From contig JAWOID010000033.1 of NCBI GenBank assembly GCA_046484865.1, positions 1 to 40,770 of the forward strand: a DNA stretch of 40,770 nucleotides, read 5' to 3'. The position numbers and the translations under genes are program-made. This DNA is from Candidatus Krumholzibacteriia bacterium. GTDB taxonomy: Bacteria; Krumholzibacteriota; Krumholzibacteriia; LZORAL124-64-63. The notes beneath the pieces were generated by a model. The model saw only the letters and a list, made by a program, of their open reading frames with translations, was not told where the DNA came from and did no database searches. Below are positions 40,471 to 40,770 of the stretch, piece by piece; the first letter of the stretch is position 1; the number at the start of each line of letters is the position of its first letter.

Positions 40471-40770
40471 CACATGCTGGCCCTGCTGGCGCAGCGCCAC
40501 GGCCAGCATCGCCGCCACCGATGATTTTCCCACCCCACCCTTGCCGCTGACGACCGCGACCACCTTCTTGATGTGATTGAGATGCTCGGCGGCGCCCGCC
40601 TGAGGCTGTTGCTGCTGTTGTGGAAGCGCGCGCTGCTTCTCCGCCGCCGTCATCTCCCGGCACTCGATCTGCACGTCATCGACGCCTCCGAGCGCCATGA
40701 TGGCCGCACGCGCGTCATCCATCATGCGGTTCCTGAGCGGACAGGCCACTGTCGTGAGCGCCAGCGTAAA
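40471..40770 (-). pseudogene. Fragment of Mrp/NBP35 (ApbC) Fe-S carrier ATPase with DUF59-like N-domain
   Basis: FTLALTTVACPLR...IKKVVAVVSGKGGVGKSSVAAMLAVAL..GQHV; breaks just before the expected G.LDAD motif; starts outside the window. Confidence 0.88.

Noticed and set aside
39334..40749. 471-aa minus ORF as an Mrp fusion protein
   Set aside because: Only the first ~93 aa are Mrp-like; the rest is read-through past the junction into the antisense of the lipoprotein.

Overview
High-GC bacterial DNA, densely coding. No rRNA, tRNA, CRISPR array or mobile element was recognisable. A coherent core (~361-40470) is flanked by two abruptly truncated, unrelated gene fragments: an Old Yellow Enzyme/YqjM-like piece at 1-~360 and an Mrp/NBP35 piece at 40471-40770. 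Both look like chimeric junctions. The core has four parts. (i) A stress/storage block: a YdaD/YghA-like SDR divergent from glgM-glgE-treS/pep2, then an FHA-GAF-PP2C phosphatase. (ii) A TSUP-kaiC-like-hybrid kinase operon. (iii) A sigma54 signalling/transport island: Cache-PAS kinase, NtrC-type activator, CDF and CaCA transporters, three candidate -24/-12 promoters, and an operon of TSUP, a small membrane protein, a His->Glu pseudokinase and a GNAT-deacetylase fusion, followed by the intact paralogous kinase and a single-domain receiver. (iv) A putative acyl-compound uptake/catabolic operon: NAD-type SDR, a FabH homolog lacking the decarboxylation His/Asn, an SSS symporter, an acyl-CoA ligase and a tandem-repeat lipoprotein. 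The best candidate for an undescribed system is the acetylation writer-eraser fusion placed between a pseudokinase/kinase pair. All calls come from reading motifs by eye; no database search was run.
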